DNA of 63,252 nt, filler included, from Octopus bimaculoides (GCF_001194135.2; 5 parts of 4 records of this genome joined end to end with filler, not necessarily neighbours in it); one strand, 5' to 3'. Shown: positions 27,869 through 40,857, numbered from the whole stretch's first letter. Notes: a model not told the origin generated them from the letters alone. Numbers and translations are program-made.

Positions 27869-28345
27869 CGAGGGTGAGTCAAAAGGTAATACCATTTTGT
27901 TTAGGACAGGTATAATTATCAACACAGGAACACGTATCATACATCAAAATGAAGCTGGTCCTCTGTGGATCACATCCCTACTTCTCAACATAGTCACCAT
28001 TTCTCTCAATAGCAATGTTCCACCTTCGAATGAGAGCATGTATCCCTGCCCCGTAAAATTCTGTTGACTGTTCTTTGAGCCAATTCTTCACTACAGTTTT
28101 CACTTCCTCGTCACTGGAATAATGTTTGCCTCTCAAACCTTCTTTCATAGGGCCGAAGAGATGATAGTCTGAAGGCGCTAAATTATTCCAGTGACGAGGA
28201 AGTGAAAACTGTAGTGAAGAAGTGGCTCAAAGAACTGTGAACAGAATTTTATGGGACAGGGATACATGCTCTCATTCGAAGGTGGAACATTGCTATTGAG
28301 AGAAATGGTGACTATGTTGAGAAGTAGGGATGTGATCCATCAGAG
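27869..28345. mobile_element. Mariner 3' end (minus strand) with inverted duplication
   Basis: TA|CGAGGGTGAGTCAAAA TIR at 27869; minus strand LAPSDYHLFGPMKEGLRGKHYSSDEEVK; plus strand SDEEVKTVVKKWLKE..GIHALIRRWNIAIERNGDYVEK* (mariner transposase C-terminus). Arms 27961-28123 and 28182-28345. Confidence 0.9.
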
Positions 28346-28857
28346 CACAAAAACATTGCAAATCAGTTTGGTTCAACGTCTGGAGTACACTCCTGCCTCA
28401 CATACAGCCCGTTTTGGGTATCTGAATAACCTAGAACTGAGATTCGCTACAAGATTGTGCGCCATATTGAAAGAGGACAGTTTATGGTCTAAACAGTCTG
28501 TGTGTGGTTACGATTAAGAAGTCACTTTATGCTGACAAGTAATGCCATCTACATGACACGTTGTTGTCGTTAATGCGCGAGCTGTTTGGGATATCGACCG
28601 GAAGTTGTTCAAAATCTACAGGAAGTTTACGACATGTAATAGGAAGAAGTCAATCGTCATCTCCTGCCAACCGGAAGTTAAGAAAACTGTATCAAATCAT
28701 ACATGCATACATACATATATTCACACACACATACACATACACATACACACGCACACACAAACACACACACAAACAAACGTATATACTTGTATGTCATGCG
28801 TGTATGTATATGTACATATATATATATATATACTTTTTCTCCAACTGTCTCTCTCTT

Positions 28858-28965
28858 TCTTCTTCTTCTTCTTCTTCTTCTTCTTCTTCTTCTTCTTCTT
28901 CTTCTTCTTCTTCTTCTTCTTCTTCTTCTTCGTCTTCTTCTCTCTCTCTCTCTCTCTCTCTTTAT
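28858..28965. repeat. (CTT)n + (CT)n microsatellite
   Basis: Direct inspection. Confidence 0.95.
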
Positions 28966-29257
28966 ATATATGTATGTATACATGTGTGTGTGTATGTATG
29001 TATATATATGATGGGCCGTCATTGTGTGTAGTAAAGTCAGTTGGATTTTTGTGTACGTGTGTATATATCTGCGTATATTGGGAAGTGTCGTTGCTCTGTT
29101 AGAAACGCTGTTGATCTTAAGCGCACTAATATACACACGTATACATACAAACACACAAGCACGATTTCACTCACACAATCGCACACATACACACACATAT
29201 AGTAACACAGTAAGAATTAAGTTTTCTAGATCTCTAAGATTGTGTGTCGGTGCGTAG

Positions 29258-29348
<91 letters not shown>

Positions 29349-29560
29349 CGTGTGCATACCTGTCCTCTACGAAGTTCGTATCTTCTCAAGAAATTCGATA
29401 ATTTTAGAAAGTAATTCCAGTAAAAAAAAAGTGTTTATAAAACAATGATGATAGCGATCGTGATGATGATAATGATGATGATGATGATGATGATGACGAC
29501 GATGATGGTGATCAGATAATAAATGACAACGTAGCAACACGTATATACATACACACATAT

Positions 29561-29612
<52 letters not shown>

Positions 29613-30878
29613 TAATACATGTGTATGTACATCTATAAATGCGTGAGTTATATATATAAATAAATATGTGTGTGTGTGTGTGTCTTGGTGTGCGTGTGTT
29701 TGTGTGTGTGTGTATGTATACATATATACATATATGGATATGAATGCATATATATATATATATGTGTGTGTGTGTATGTACTGTTATAGAAGTATATATA
29801 CATACATACACGCACGTGTATATACATATATACACATATATATATATATATATACATATATACATATATATATATATGTACACACATACACATACATAGT
29901 ATGTATATATGATGTGCATGAGTGCGTGTGATTGTGTGTGTGTGTATGCGTATATGTGCGTACGTGTATGCATGTCTGTGTGTTTTATGTTAGCGTTTTT
30001 CTAATTTTAGCAGACGACAGGATCGTCTGGCATTGTAGAAATAACGAAATAACATGTGAATATGATGAATGACAAGAGGTTATAAGATTCATAATAAGAG
30101 CGGCAGCAAAAGTATGAGTTTTACAGCTAAATTTATCTGATAACCTATATAATTACATTATATTTTACATTCAGCATCTATTTTATTCAATATTTTCTTA
30201 CATTTTTCTTTTCTTTGGCCGGTACGTCAGTCAATTCTTTATTTGACTTTTGCTATTTGTTACATTTTCATATACGGCATCTATACAGCCGTATGTATCA
30301 GTCAACGTGTGTGTGCATGTGTGTATGTGTGTTTGTGTGTGTGTGTCTGTCAAACTCTATGTGTATGTGTGTGTATGTGAGCATATAGGAATATATGTAT
30401 GCGTGGAAGAATTTGGAGTCAGCAAGAAGTATACAGTTGGACATTATTTTCAGTCACTACAATTGTTTCTGCGCAACGTACTTCTTCAGGCGTGTAGATA
30501 ATTAATTGTGCAATTATTTCCCTGCATTATGAGAAGACTAATTTCTTAAGGCTGACATTTCGGCAGCGTTTTACATATCTCAATTCTCCAATAATTACAG
30601 GTATAAACCAGAACTTGTATGCTGGATAGAGTAGTTGCAGACTCCTCAATAGTTCAGCGGAGGTATTTTTTTTCGCTGATCTTTAGTATTCTGTTAACAT
30701 CCGCTGATCTTCACCTTTATATATGTATGTATGTATGTACGTCGTTGTTCAGTTTCATTTCAAGATTTCTTGCCAATAAAGAGCCGGTTTCTAACCTAGA
30801 TCCATGGCTCCTTCACTGGAGTGTGTGTGTATATGAATGTATGTATGCATATATGTATGTATGTATGTATGTATGTGA

Positions 30879-31148
30879 AGGCGCATGGCTCAGTGGTTAG
30901 AGCGTCGAGCTTACGATCGTGAGGTTGTGAGTACGATTCCCGGACCGGGCTGCGTGTTGCGTTCTTGAGCAAGACACTTTATTTCACGTTGCTCCAGTTC
31001 ACTCAGCTGTAGAAATGAGTTACGACATTACTGGCAGCCAAGCTCTGTATCGGCCCCTTTGCCTTTCTTTTGGATAACTTGGTGGCGTGCTGAGGGGAGG
31101 CTGGTATGCATGGGCGACTGCTGGTCTTCCGTGAAAACAACCCTTGGT
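30879..31148 (+). mobile_element. tRNA-derived CORE-type SINE, truncated by spacer
   Basis: A box TGGCTCAGTGG (30886-30896), B-box-like GTACGATTCC (30931-30940), then TTCTTGAGCAAGACACTTTATTTCACGTTGCTCCAGTTCACTCAGCTGTAGAAATGAGT resembling the CORE domain. Confidence 0.75.
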
Positions 31149-31248
31149 NNNNNNNNNNNNNNNNNNNNNNNNNNNNNNNNNNNNNNNNNNNNTTAATTAA
31201 TTAANNNNNNNNNNNNNNNNNNNNNNNNNNNNNNNNNNNNNNNNNNNN
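31149..31248. other. Artificial assembly spacer
   Basis: 44N + TTAATTAATTAA (31193-31204) + 44N. Confidence 0.95.
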
Positions 31249-31560
31249 GATGAGGATGAGGATGAAGAGGAGAAAGAGGAGGAGGAGGAGGAGTAAGAAA
31301 AACAGAAGGAAGAGGAAGAAGAGAAGGAAGAGGAGGGGACATCGATCGTGGTGGTGGTGGTGGTGGTGGTCGTCGTCGTCGTCGTTGCAGTTATAATGCT
31401 TATGATGATGATGATGAGGAGGAGGAGGAGGAGGAGGAGGAGGATGACGACGACGACGACGATGATGACAATGATGATGGCAGTGAACATAATGCTGTTC
31501 ATAGTAATGTTGGTGGTGATGATGGTGATGGTTGTAGCGATGATGATGATCATCATTGTA

Positions 31561-31596
<36 letters not shown>

Positions 31597-31610
31597 GTGA
31601 TAAAATTGAT
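31249..31610. repeat. Mosaic trinucleotide repeat (GAG/GGT/GTC/GAT/GAC)
   Basis: Direct inspection; gives poly-V/M/R/T pseudo-ORFs. Confidence 0.9.
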
Positions 31611-33577
31611 GTTCATACGAACATATGATACAATAAGAAATAATAATCTGGCTCATTCTTCGTCGGTTTCGACGATAAGCATCCAGTTGCTTCAGTCACA
31701 GAGTCTCTACTTCTGTAGTTGGCATGTGGCTGAGTATTCCGTACTTATATGTGTCCTTAACATAAATTTCAGGCCCAATGACCGTCACATGGGCGGGCAC
31801 TTTAATTATTACTACAACATGAGGAAGACTGAGGGAGAATGCAATCGAAGTCGAAGAGAATCAATCATAGTACTCCAGACTGGTAATTTATCGATCCCGA
31901 TACGATACTTATGTATGAGTGGGTGCGGGTGCATGGCCTCACTCATGGTCGCAAGACCGTGGTTTCAATTTCTGGACCGGATGTTGCGCTGTGTTCTTGA
32001 GCAAAGCTCTTCATCTCATGCGGCTCTACAGTCGCTCCAACACCAGGCGTGTGGTACAGCGTAAGACAGTCCAGGCAACGTCGATTTGACGGAGGCAGTA
32101 AGCTCAAAGACGGAACATTTGATCACAATACACAAATCATCTGAGCAGATTGTTTGGCATGAATTTGGGTGGCCCACGTCTGTCTTTTACGATCGAAGAG
32201 TCCAGCATGCATCCATGCATAAATATATATATGTATGCATTTATGCATTCATGTACGTATTTATGTATGTATGTATCCATGTATGTATGTATGTATGTAT
32301 GTATGTATTACATCGTTATACATGTATATATGAATGTATGTATGGAAAAATATATATATACTTACATACATATATATACATATATATATATACACATACA
32401 TACATACACATACATTCACATAAACACGTATATATGTATGCATGTATGTATGTATGTATGTATGTATGCATGTATGTATGTATGTATGTATGTATGTATG
32501 TATGTATGTATGTATGTATGCCGTTATCTCTTCCGATTTGTGCTTCGCGCCTCAGATAAGAACTGTTCTCCATTTTTTATTTAGGTTAGATTTGTACACT
32601 TCGAAGTGAGCTCAATTCTTTTGTTTATGGCGATCATTTTAATTAGCTGACTTCTAATCTTGCTTTATAAAGGCTATTGCACTCGTACCGCCACCTTATT
32701 GGCCCTTCGGTTGCTTGTTCTCTCTTTCATTTGTCTCTTTCATTTGTCTCTTTCATTTACTAGGAGCTTATCTCTATCGTTTTCTTTATACACGGTTATT
32801 CCAAATCTATTTCCAGAAATTGTTTTTCTATGAGTCCCTTTTCGTTGGTCAGTCCATGATATGTCTTTTGCAAGAATTAATAATTTTCATATCATTGATT
32901 GGTTAGTTCAATATTAATCCCGTGTCTGTCATTTACGTCAACCATATCCTGTTTTGCGAAAATTACCCTTCTGATGATATCAGAAATATTTTTACTGACT
33001 CCATACACACATTTGCACACACGCACGCACATGCACACACACATACATACACACACACACACACGCGCGCACACACATACACACGCACACACAAGCACAG
33101 ATCTATCAATCTATCTGTCTATCTATCTGTCTATATATATATCTATATCTATATCCATATATATATAACAATTTAGCCAGTAGACAAAACACAGTGAATG
33201 ACGTAACCAACGGCAGATGCGTGACAACTATTGATTCGACCGAATAATTGGCTTAGAACTTATCAAATTCCATATCAAGTTAAAAAATAATAATTAGAAA
33301 TCCAAAGAAACTACTGAAGATCTACATAAGCAACAAAGGTATTAAGATGCCAAAGAATTTGTATGCATCAGTAAGTATGGTTATTACGTGACGTTTTCAT
33401 CTATTAACTCATTTTTGGCATTCCGCCAGTCATTGCTTGACCATTCTAACAAAGGCCCTGCATCCAAACGTTAGATTTTTGTTTCATTTCTCGCAGTAAC
33501 CAAGCTTCTCTCTCTCTCGTTCTCTCTCTCTCACACACACATACACATACAGACAAAGACACACACATGCGCACACG

Positions 33578-33626
<49 letters not shown>

Positions 33627-33793
33627 NNNNNNNNNNNNNNNNNNNNNNNNNNNNNNNNNNNNNNNNNNNNNNNNNNNNNNNNNNNNNNNNNNNNNNNNNN
33701 NNNNNNNNNNNNNNNNNNNNNNNNNNNNNNNNNNNNNNNNNNNNNNNNNNNNNNNNNNNNNNNNNNNNATATATATATATATATATATATATA

Positions 33794-34660
33794 CGAGGTA
33801 TGATCAATAAGTATCCCGACTCTTGCTGAAGTAACGAAACTAAAGTACGCAGAGTAAAGCCGCTTAACAAAGATTAACGATGAACTGTGCTGTGCATGCG
33901 TACTAATCGTTAACGTTCTAGCTCACTTCCGCTGTTTACACCAGTGCTTGGAAGGAAGGTGTGTAGCGTGTGATCGACAAAGAAAGTGGTCATGCCGATA
34001 CCTGCTCAGAGGCCTACTCAAAGCTGTAGAAAGCGTACGGAGAGGATGTATGAACCGCACTCAAGTGTACGAGTGGTTCAAACGTTTCCAAATTGGCCGA
34101 AAAAACGTCGATAGTGACGAACCTTCTGAGAGACACGCAACCGGCTGAACTGAGAAAAACATCGCAGATGAACGTACAACTGTGAGGGGAAATCGTCGAA
34201 TCATCGGCCGTGTGTTATGAGAGGATGTGCAGATTAGTTACGGTTCAGTTCAGTCCATTATCACCGAAGATTCGGGTATGAGACGCGTGTCTGTTAAGTT
34301 TATGCCAAATCTGCTATCAGCTGACCAAAAAAACACTCGGGTTTCAGTTGCAGAAGATGTGCTTGATTGTGTCTAGACCGATGAAAACTTTCTGAAAATT
34401 TTGCGTAGGCCTCTGTGTAGGTATCGCCAAGTTTTTGACTAACTTTGATGCAGATTCTCAGCTCAGCTTTCTCAGCGACGATCACAGGCTGCACACCTTC
34501 ATTCCAAGATCTACTGTAAACGGCAGAAGTGAGCTAGAATGTTAAAACATTTAGTGCGCATGAGCAGAGTTCAAGGTCAATCTGTGCCAAGCGGCTTTAC
34601 TCTGCGTACTTTAGCTTCATTACTATAGCAACAATCCGGATACTTATTGATCAGATGACG
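33794..34660. mobile_element. Non-autonomous mariner built from two inverted 5' ends
   Basis: TA-flanked; both ends carry TGATCAATAAGTATCC..CTAAAGTACGCAGAGTAAAGCCGCTT. Plus strand has decayed AYGE..MNRTQVYEWFKRFQIGRKNVDSD..GMRRVSVKFMPNLLS (mariner N-terminal HTH); minus strand has MQPVIVAEKAELRICIKVSQKLG (transposase start). Confidence 0.9.
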
Positions 34661-34890
34661 TAATGTGTAACAGTGTCTTAACCAGAAACAAGAAAACTGG
34701 CAGAGTCATTAAAATGTTTGATAGACTACTTTGCAATATTTGGTCCTGTTCTGTGCATTCTGTGTTCAAATCCCAACGACGTCCAAGTTAGCTGTAGATT
34801 TGTTTTGGGGACAGACAAAAAGAAAAAAAGCAAATAAGAAGCAGAAAAAAAAGTATACAGACCAGCGCAAAAAAAAAAAAAAAAAAAAAA

Positions 34891-34990
34891 NNNNNNNNNN
34901 NNNNNNNNNNNNNNNNNNNNNNNNNNNNNNNNNNTTAATTAATTAANNNNNNNNNNNNNNNNNNNNNNNNNNNNNNNNNNNNNNNNNNNN
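34891..34990. other. Artificial assembly spacer
   Basis: 44N + TTAATTAATTAA (34935-34946) + 44N. Confidence 0.95.
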
Positions 34991-36542
34991 GTTTAGGAAC
35001 TGGGTAAGGATTATCTACTTTGCAGGGATGCGTGGTTAGGTTCAAGCATTGTAGTTGTTGTTTTGTGTCTGAACGGCTGTAGTGATGCTATGAGTAAAGC
35101 ATTCGGGGCCGTGTGGGTCATGGATGGACATGCCTAAAAGGATCAGTGCAGTCACCAGCCTTGATCTTTCTGATGGATCAACAGTGAAACCTGACACCAG
35201 GGTAATTTAACACAACTAATGGAGCTTTGGCTATTCAGCTTACATCAGCTCCTTGGAGGTTCAGGTTATTCTGATGATAAAAAAAAAGGTGATCAGTTGA
35301 CTTAAGAAGTGCAAAGATAACTCTATGGGTTGGGTCTGCAGGATGAGAAAGATATAAAGATTAATATATATTAATGCTATATCATTATTCTAGTTTCTTT
35401 CTTAAAGTTCTTTCATCCCACATCCTGTGACCTCTTCAGTAACTCTCTATCCCATGTCTCTTCTTGTTCTGCTTATTCCATTTTGTCTTTCTCTGCTATG
35501 CATCCATATATGCACAACAATTTGCATCTGTATCTGGGTGTATATTTTGTGTGCATATGTGTATGCTTACTACATTGTGTGTACCTGTTTTTTATTTTAT
35601 TTTTCTTCTTTGACATGTCATGTGTGTGTGTTTGGATTTATGTATTATACTGTATTTATCTTTAGTCATCATGTGCAGTGTGATGGAGTAAGGGTGATGG
35701 TGTTAAACCATTCGTGTTTCCTTCTGAGGTTCAGTCCACCCACTACTATATCTGTGGCCTCTATAATCTGTCTGAGTCTCATGTCTGGTCTATGTGATAA
35801 TATCTTCTAACATCTTAAAATCAATGCTATTCACCAAGCCTTCCTATCATAATTGAGCATGTTGGTAGAGCACTGATGAGCTTCTCTCCTCTTTCAGCTT
35901 CCAGCAATGTATGTTGTTGTCCTGTTTCTCTTCCATACCTCATTACACCTTACACTATATGCTACATTCCAATTTTTACTATTTATCCGAGGGTTCATCC
36001 TACACACTATACAGTTGCTCTCCTTATAGGTGTTTTTTTCAAATAGATATGCTCTACTGATCTGGTATTTTATGGAGGTCCCTGGCCTTTCTACTACTTT
36101 AATCCATAGATTCATCTATTTCCCAAAAGCATATGCTTGTTCACCTACACGAATAGCATCAACGAACATAATACTTTCATAGTTTTACTTATCATACCAT
36201 GAGTTAGTTGGCCTTACCTATCGATCTTCATCCTTTCCATGCTATTCCAGGATTTACTTGTCTATAGGGGACAGATCCCAAGTTGCATCATTCTCTATGA
36301 TGGCCTTGTATTTAGCCCTGGCTCCTTTCTACACTTTCATCCTCTCCTTTTGACAGTATCGAGAGAAGTACATGCAGTTGTCTCACTAATTCTGTTGCAT
36401 TGCTAGTAGTAGTAGTAGTAGTAGTAGTAACAATAGTTTTCTCACTCTAACCATATTGTATGATACATGCGACTTAACAAGTAACATTAAAAAGATAAAT
36501 TTACTGCAATTTCCAAGAAAACACTTTACATATCGGAAACAT

Positions 36543-36914
36543 TTATAGTAATTTAATAACATTCATATAAAGGTTTATATCAGGTTTGTCTCCATCATTA
36601 AAAGTACATTTATGAGTAGATATATAATCACTACAAGTAAATGATTTACCACAAATAATACAGCTGTATGGTTTTTCCCCAGTATGAGTATGATTGTGTC
36701 TTATTAAACACCTCAAGTTAGAAAATGTTTTGTCACAGATTCCACAGTGGTGTGCTTTCTCTCCAGTGAGTGTACTTATATGCCCTTTTAAGCTGCCACT
36801 ATTGGAAAAATTCTTGCCACAAACTTCACAGTGATGTGGTTTTTCTCCGGTATGAGTGCATTTATAAATTAACAGCACAAACTTTTTAGAAAATGCTTTC
36901 CCACATATATCATA
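36543..36914 (-). pseudogene. In-frame continuation of the zinc-finger array beyond the stop (4 fingers, 3 defective)
   Basis: Same frame as the upstream ORF: *YDICGKAFSKKFVLLIYKCTHTGEKP (first Cys and first His are Tyr), finger 14 ends HISTL, finger 15 intact, finger 16 ends HKCTF. Confidence 0.8.
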
Positions 36915-37955
36915 TTAGTGTGGCTTTTCTCCAGTATGAATACGTGTGTGTTCTGTTAAGCTGCTCTTATGTGAAAATTCTTTTCCACATATTAAACAGC
37001 GATATGGTTTCTCTCCCGTGTGAATACGTCTGTGACTTTTTAAGCTACCAGTTTCAGAAAATGCTTTGCCACAGATTTCACAGTGATGTGGTTTTTCTCC
37101 AGTATGAATACGATTGTGTTTCTTTAAGCCGCACCTATCAGAAAAGTTTTTTCCACAAACTTCACAGTGATATGGTTTCTCTCCTGTGTGAATTCGTTTG
37201 TGTAATGTTAAAAGATATTTTTCAGGAAATGCTTTTCCACAGATTTCACAGTCATGTCCGATTTTCCCTGTGTGAACACGTTTATGCCTTCTTAAGGTAA
37301 TACTCCCTATAAATCCTTTCCCACATACTTCACAATCATATGGCTTCTCTCCAGTGTGAACTCGTTTGTGGACTGTTAAAGACTCTTTTACAGAAAATGC
37401 TTTATCACAAATTTCACAGTGGTAAGGTTTTGAGTGCACACTTCTGTGTCTTTCAAAGTTACTGACATTAGAAAATGCTTTCCCACAATCATCACACTTG
37501 TATGGCTTCTCCCCAGTGTGAATACGTTTGTGTCTTGTTAAATCACCAAGTTGAGAAAATCTTTTGCCACAAATTTCACAATGGTATCGTTTTTCTCCAG
37601 TGTGAATAAGCTGATGAATTCTTATACCATTAAACTGTGAAAATGTTTTGCCACAGATTTCACAGTGGTATGGTTTCTCTCCAGTGTGAATACGTTTGTG
37701 TGTCTTTATATAACCTTTAGTAGAAAATGATTTTCCACATATTTCACAGTGAAACGGTTTCTCTCCTGTGTGTACACGTCTGTGTCCTGTTAAAGAAGAT
37801 TCTACAGAGAATGCTTTCTCACATACTTCACAGTGGTATGGCTTTTCCCCAGTATGAGTGCGCCTATGAATAGCTAAATTAGATTTTGTAGTAAGTAATT
37901 TACCACAAATACTGCATTTGTAACGTTTGCTCATTTTCTGAAACATTCTCTCCAT
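36915..37955 (-). CDS. C2H2 (Kruppel-type) zinc-finger protein, 346 aa, 12 tandem fingers, no effector domain evident
   Basis: 12 CxxC-x12-HxxxH units, mostly with TGEKP linkers. In-frame stops upstream of ATG 37955 suggest the CDS lies within one exon. Confidence 0.92.
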   Translation of the reverse strand: MERMFQKMSKRYKCSICGKLLTTKSNLAIHRRTHTGEKPYHCEVCEKAFSVESSLTGHRRVHTGEKPFHCEICGKSFSTKGYIKTHKRIHTGEKPYHCEICGKTFSQFNGIRIHQLIHTGEKRYHCEICGKRFSQLGDLTRHKRIHTGEKPYKCDDCGKAFSNVSNFERHRSVHSKPYHCEICDKAFSVKESLTVHKRVHTGEKPYDCEVCGKGFIGSITLRRHKRVHTGKIGHDCEICGKAFPEKYLLTLHKRIHTGEKPYHCEVCGKNFSDRCGLKKHNRIHTGEKPHHCEICGKAFSETGSLKSHRRIHTGEKPYRCLICGKEFSHKSSLTEHTRIHTGEKPH

Positions 37956-38075
37956 TAAATTTTAGTTTTATTCTTTCACTCTATGAAGACATTAATTGGT
38001 TGATAAATCTGTACCCACACACGGCAGACTTGCAGTATTCTCTGCAGAAAATCTTCTTTCAAATGGAAATATGTC

Positions 38076-38100
38076 CTGAAATAAAATAAAATAAATATTA
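38076..38100 (-). promoter_or_regulatory. Candidate splice acceptor for the zinc-finger coding exon
   Basis: Reverse strand TTTATTTTATTTTATTTCAG|GACAT; the exon would start at 38075, 120 nt before the ATG. Confidence 0.6.
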
Positions 38101-38334
38101 GATACTAATGACAATTACACAAATGTTACATAAATCCCTGCAACGAGACGAATATATTCATCATCATCATGTGTCTAAGAATCTCAGAAAAATGTCATGG
38201 AAATATAGTAACAGTTAGTGTTTGATTTAGTTGAAATAGAACAGATTCCATCAATCTTTTTCTTGTTTCAGTCAATGGAATGTGGCCATGCTGGGGTAAT
38301 GCTTTGAAAGGTTTGGTTCAACTCAACACCAGTC

Positions 38335-39125
38335 CTGTTTTTCAAACACACTGACCTAGATTATGCTGATGTCCTGGCATTACTAGCAGATAGGACAAAT
38401 CAGGCACAGGAGGTGCTGAGCAGATTAGAGCAGGAATCGGGGAAGGCAAGATTGTACCGTAACGCAAACAAAACAGCGTTGCAAGTATTCAACCACGAAA
38501 TGCCTGTGTCAGTGAAAGTGAAAGACGGTAAGTCGCTGAAGGTAGTTGTAAATTTCAAATACCTTGGTGCGTGAACACAAAGTACTGAAAAAAAACATCA
38601 TAGCAAGGAAAGCTACTGCCTGGAGTGCATGCCATAAATAGAGAAAGGCATGGAATTCTAAGTTAGCAAGGAAATTGAAAGTGAGGTTGTTTCAGACAAC
38701 AGTGAAGTCTGTTCTTCTATATGGGGCTGAAACATGGACGCTCACTAAAGCATTGAGGAAGCAGTTGGGCGGTTCTTATACGAGGATGCTTAGAATGGCA
38801 CTCAATGTCTCCTAGAAGAGTCATACAACAAACGCCGACTTACACCAGGGACTATCAAAAGTAACATTGAAGGTACAGCATAGAAGGATGGGGCTAGCTG
38901 GATACTGCATCAGACACATCGATGAAATTGCTAACAAGCGAGTGCTCTGGAAATCAACAGAAGGAAGAACCAAGAGAGGAAGACGACCTATATCGACAAC
39001 TTGCTGGAGGATATTGGTATGGAAGGGGTACAAGAGCTGAGGACCATTATGGAAGATCGAGATGAATGGGGAAAACATGTGGAAACAGTCTTGGGGCGTC
39101 CTATGGGAAGACGTTGATGAGATAA
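38335..39125 (+). mobile_element. 5'-truncated RTE-clade LINE
   Basis: TDLDYADVLALLA (YADD motif), NFKYLG, VKSVLLYGAETWTLTK, RMLRMALNVS, RRMGLAGYCIR, RGR: typical RTE RT C-terminal half with stops and frameshifts. Confidence 0.9.
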
Positions 39126-40857
39126 GAGGTATCTATTATTTGTAGAGTCTGTATACAAGGCAGTAAATTGGAAAAGTCGAAAACGGTGTATGTATTCTGG
39201 ATTTAAGGTCACCGACTTTAAAATCTAACCAGTTTACTTTGTCATGTTGTCTGGGACGATAAACAAAGTACAAATCAAGAACTGGAATCGATTTCTCTTT
39301 CCTGCAATCAGATAAACGGAAGGGGAGACGGCCGTTCACGGCCCGGTTAATTCTTTGGAAACAGAACCACGACAGCCGAGTGTTTAAGAGACCGGCCGAC
39401 ATCAAACATAAATAATAGTAATTTACATAGGAGAGGTTAGTTAATTGGGTTGACTCTTAATTAAGAGAAAGCCTTTTATATCGACCCAGGATGGGAAAGA
39501 ATTATCGGCGGAAATAAAGACAATGGACCGCACCCCTTTTGGGATTTGTTTTTCTGGTAGAGACGGACTATATGTAATCTGAACCTTTCCCCCCCTTATT
39601 TATTAATTTTTTTTACGGAATCCCACGTTTTAGGCTATGGAGATTCTGATTCTGAAAAAAAATTTCAATTCCCCCCCACCACCACCACCACCACCACCAA
39701 GCAGGCTATTTACATGCTAGAAATANNNNNNNNNNNNNNNNNNNNNNNNNNNNNNNNNNNNNNNNNNNNNNNNNNNNNNNNNNNNNNNNNNNNNNNNNNN
39801 NNNNNNNNNNNNNNNNNNNNNNNNNNNNNNNNNNNNNNNNNNNNNNNNNNNNNNNNNNNNNNNNNNNNNNNNNNNNNNNNNNNNNNNNNNNNNNNNNNNN
39901 NNNNNNNNNNNNNNNNNNNNNNNNNNNNNNNNNNNNNNNNNNNNNNNNNNNNNNNNNNNNNNNNNNNNNNNNNNNNNNNNNNNNNNNNNNNNNNNNNNNN
40001 NNNNNNNNNNNNNNNNNNNNNNNNNNNNNNNNNNNNNNNNNNNNNNNNNNNNNNNNNNNNNNNNNNNNNNNNNNNNNNNNNNNNNNNNNNNNNNNNNNNN
40101 NNNNNNNNNNNNNNNNNNNNNNNNNNNNNNNNNNNNNNNNNNNNNNNNNNNNNNNNNNNNNNNNNNNNNNNNNNNNNNNNNNNNNNNNNNNNNNNNNNNN
40201 NNNNNNNNNNNNNNNNNNNNNNNNNNNNNNNNNNNNNNNNNNNNNNNNNNNNNNNNNNNNNNNNNNNNNNNNNNNNNNNNNNNNNNNNNNNNNNNNNNNN
40301 NNNNNNNNNNNNNNNNNNNNNNNNNNNNNNNNNNNNNNNNNNNNNNNNNNNNNNNNNNNNNNNNNNNNNNNNNNNNNNNNNNNNNNNNNNNNNNNNNNNN
40401 NNNNNNNNNNNNNNNNNNNNNNNNNNNNNNNNNNNNNNNNNNNNNNNNNNNNNNNNNNNNNNNNNNNNNNNNNNNNNNNNNNNNNNNNNNNNNNNNNNNN
40501 NNNNNNNNNNNNNNNNNNNNNNNNNNNNNNNNNNNNNNNNNNNNNNNNNNNNNNNNNNNNNNNNNNNNNNNNNNNNNNNNNNNNNNNNNNNNNNNNNNNN
40601 NNNNNNNNNNNNNNNNNNNNNNNNNNNNNNNNNNNNNNNNNNNNNNNNNNNNNNNNNNNNNNNNNNNNNNNNNTTTTTTTTTTTTTTTTTTTTTTTTGCA
40701 GATTCGGAATCTCTGCACTCGATATAGTGGGTTCCTGCAAAAACAAAAACAAAAAACAAAACCCTTCCCAAAGCAGGTGCGATCCATTGTCTTTACCTCC
40801 GCCACAATTATCTATTTTAATCACAAACAAACAATAGATAAATAAACATTATCTTAC

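Noticed and set aside
35880-36360. Possible decayed LINE 3' end downstream of the zinc-finger gene
   Set aside because: Only faint resemblance to RTE C-terminal motifs; too degraded to call.
36893-37300. 135-aa plus-strand ORF
   Set aside because: Antisense shadow of the zinc-finger repeats.
39136-39405. 89-aa minus-strand ORF upstream of the zinc-finger gene
   Set aside because: No motif; could be an alternative non-coding first exon, but coding status is unsupported.
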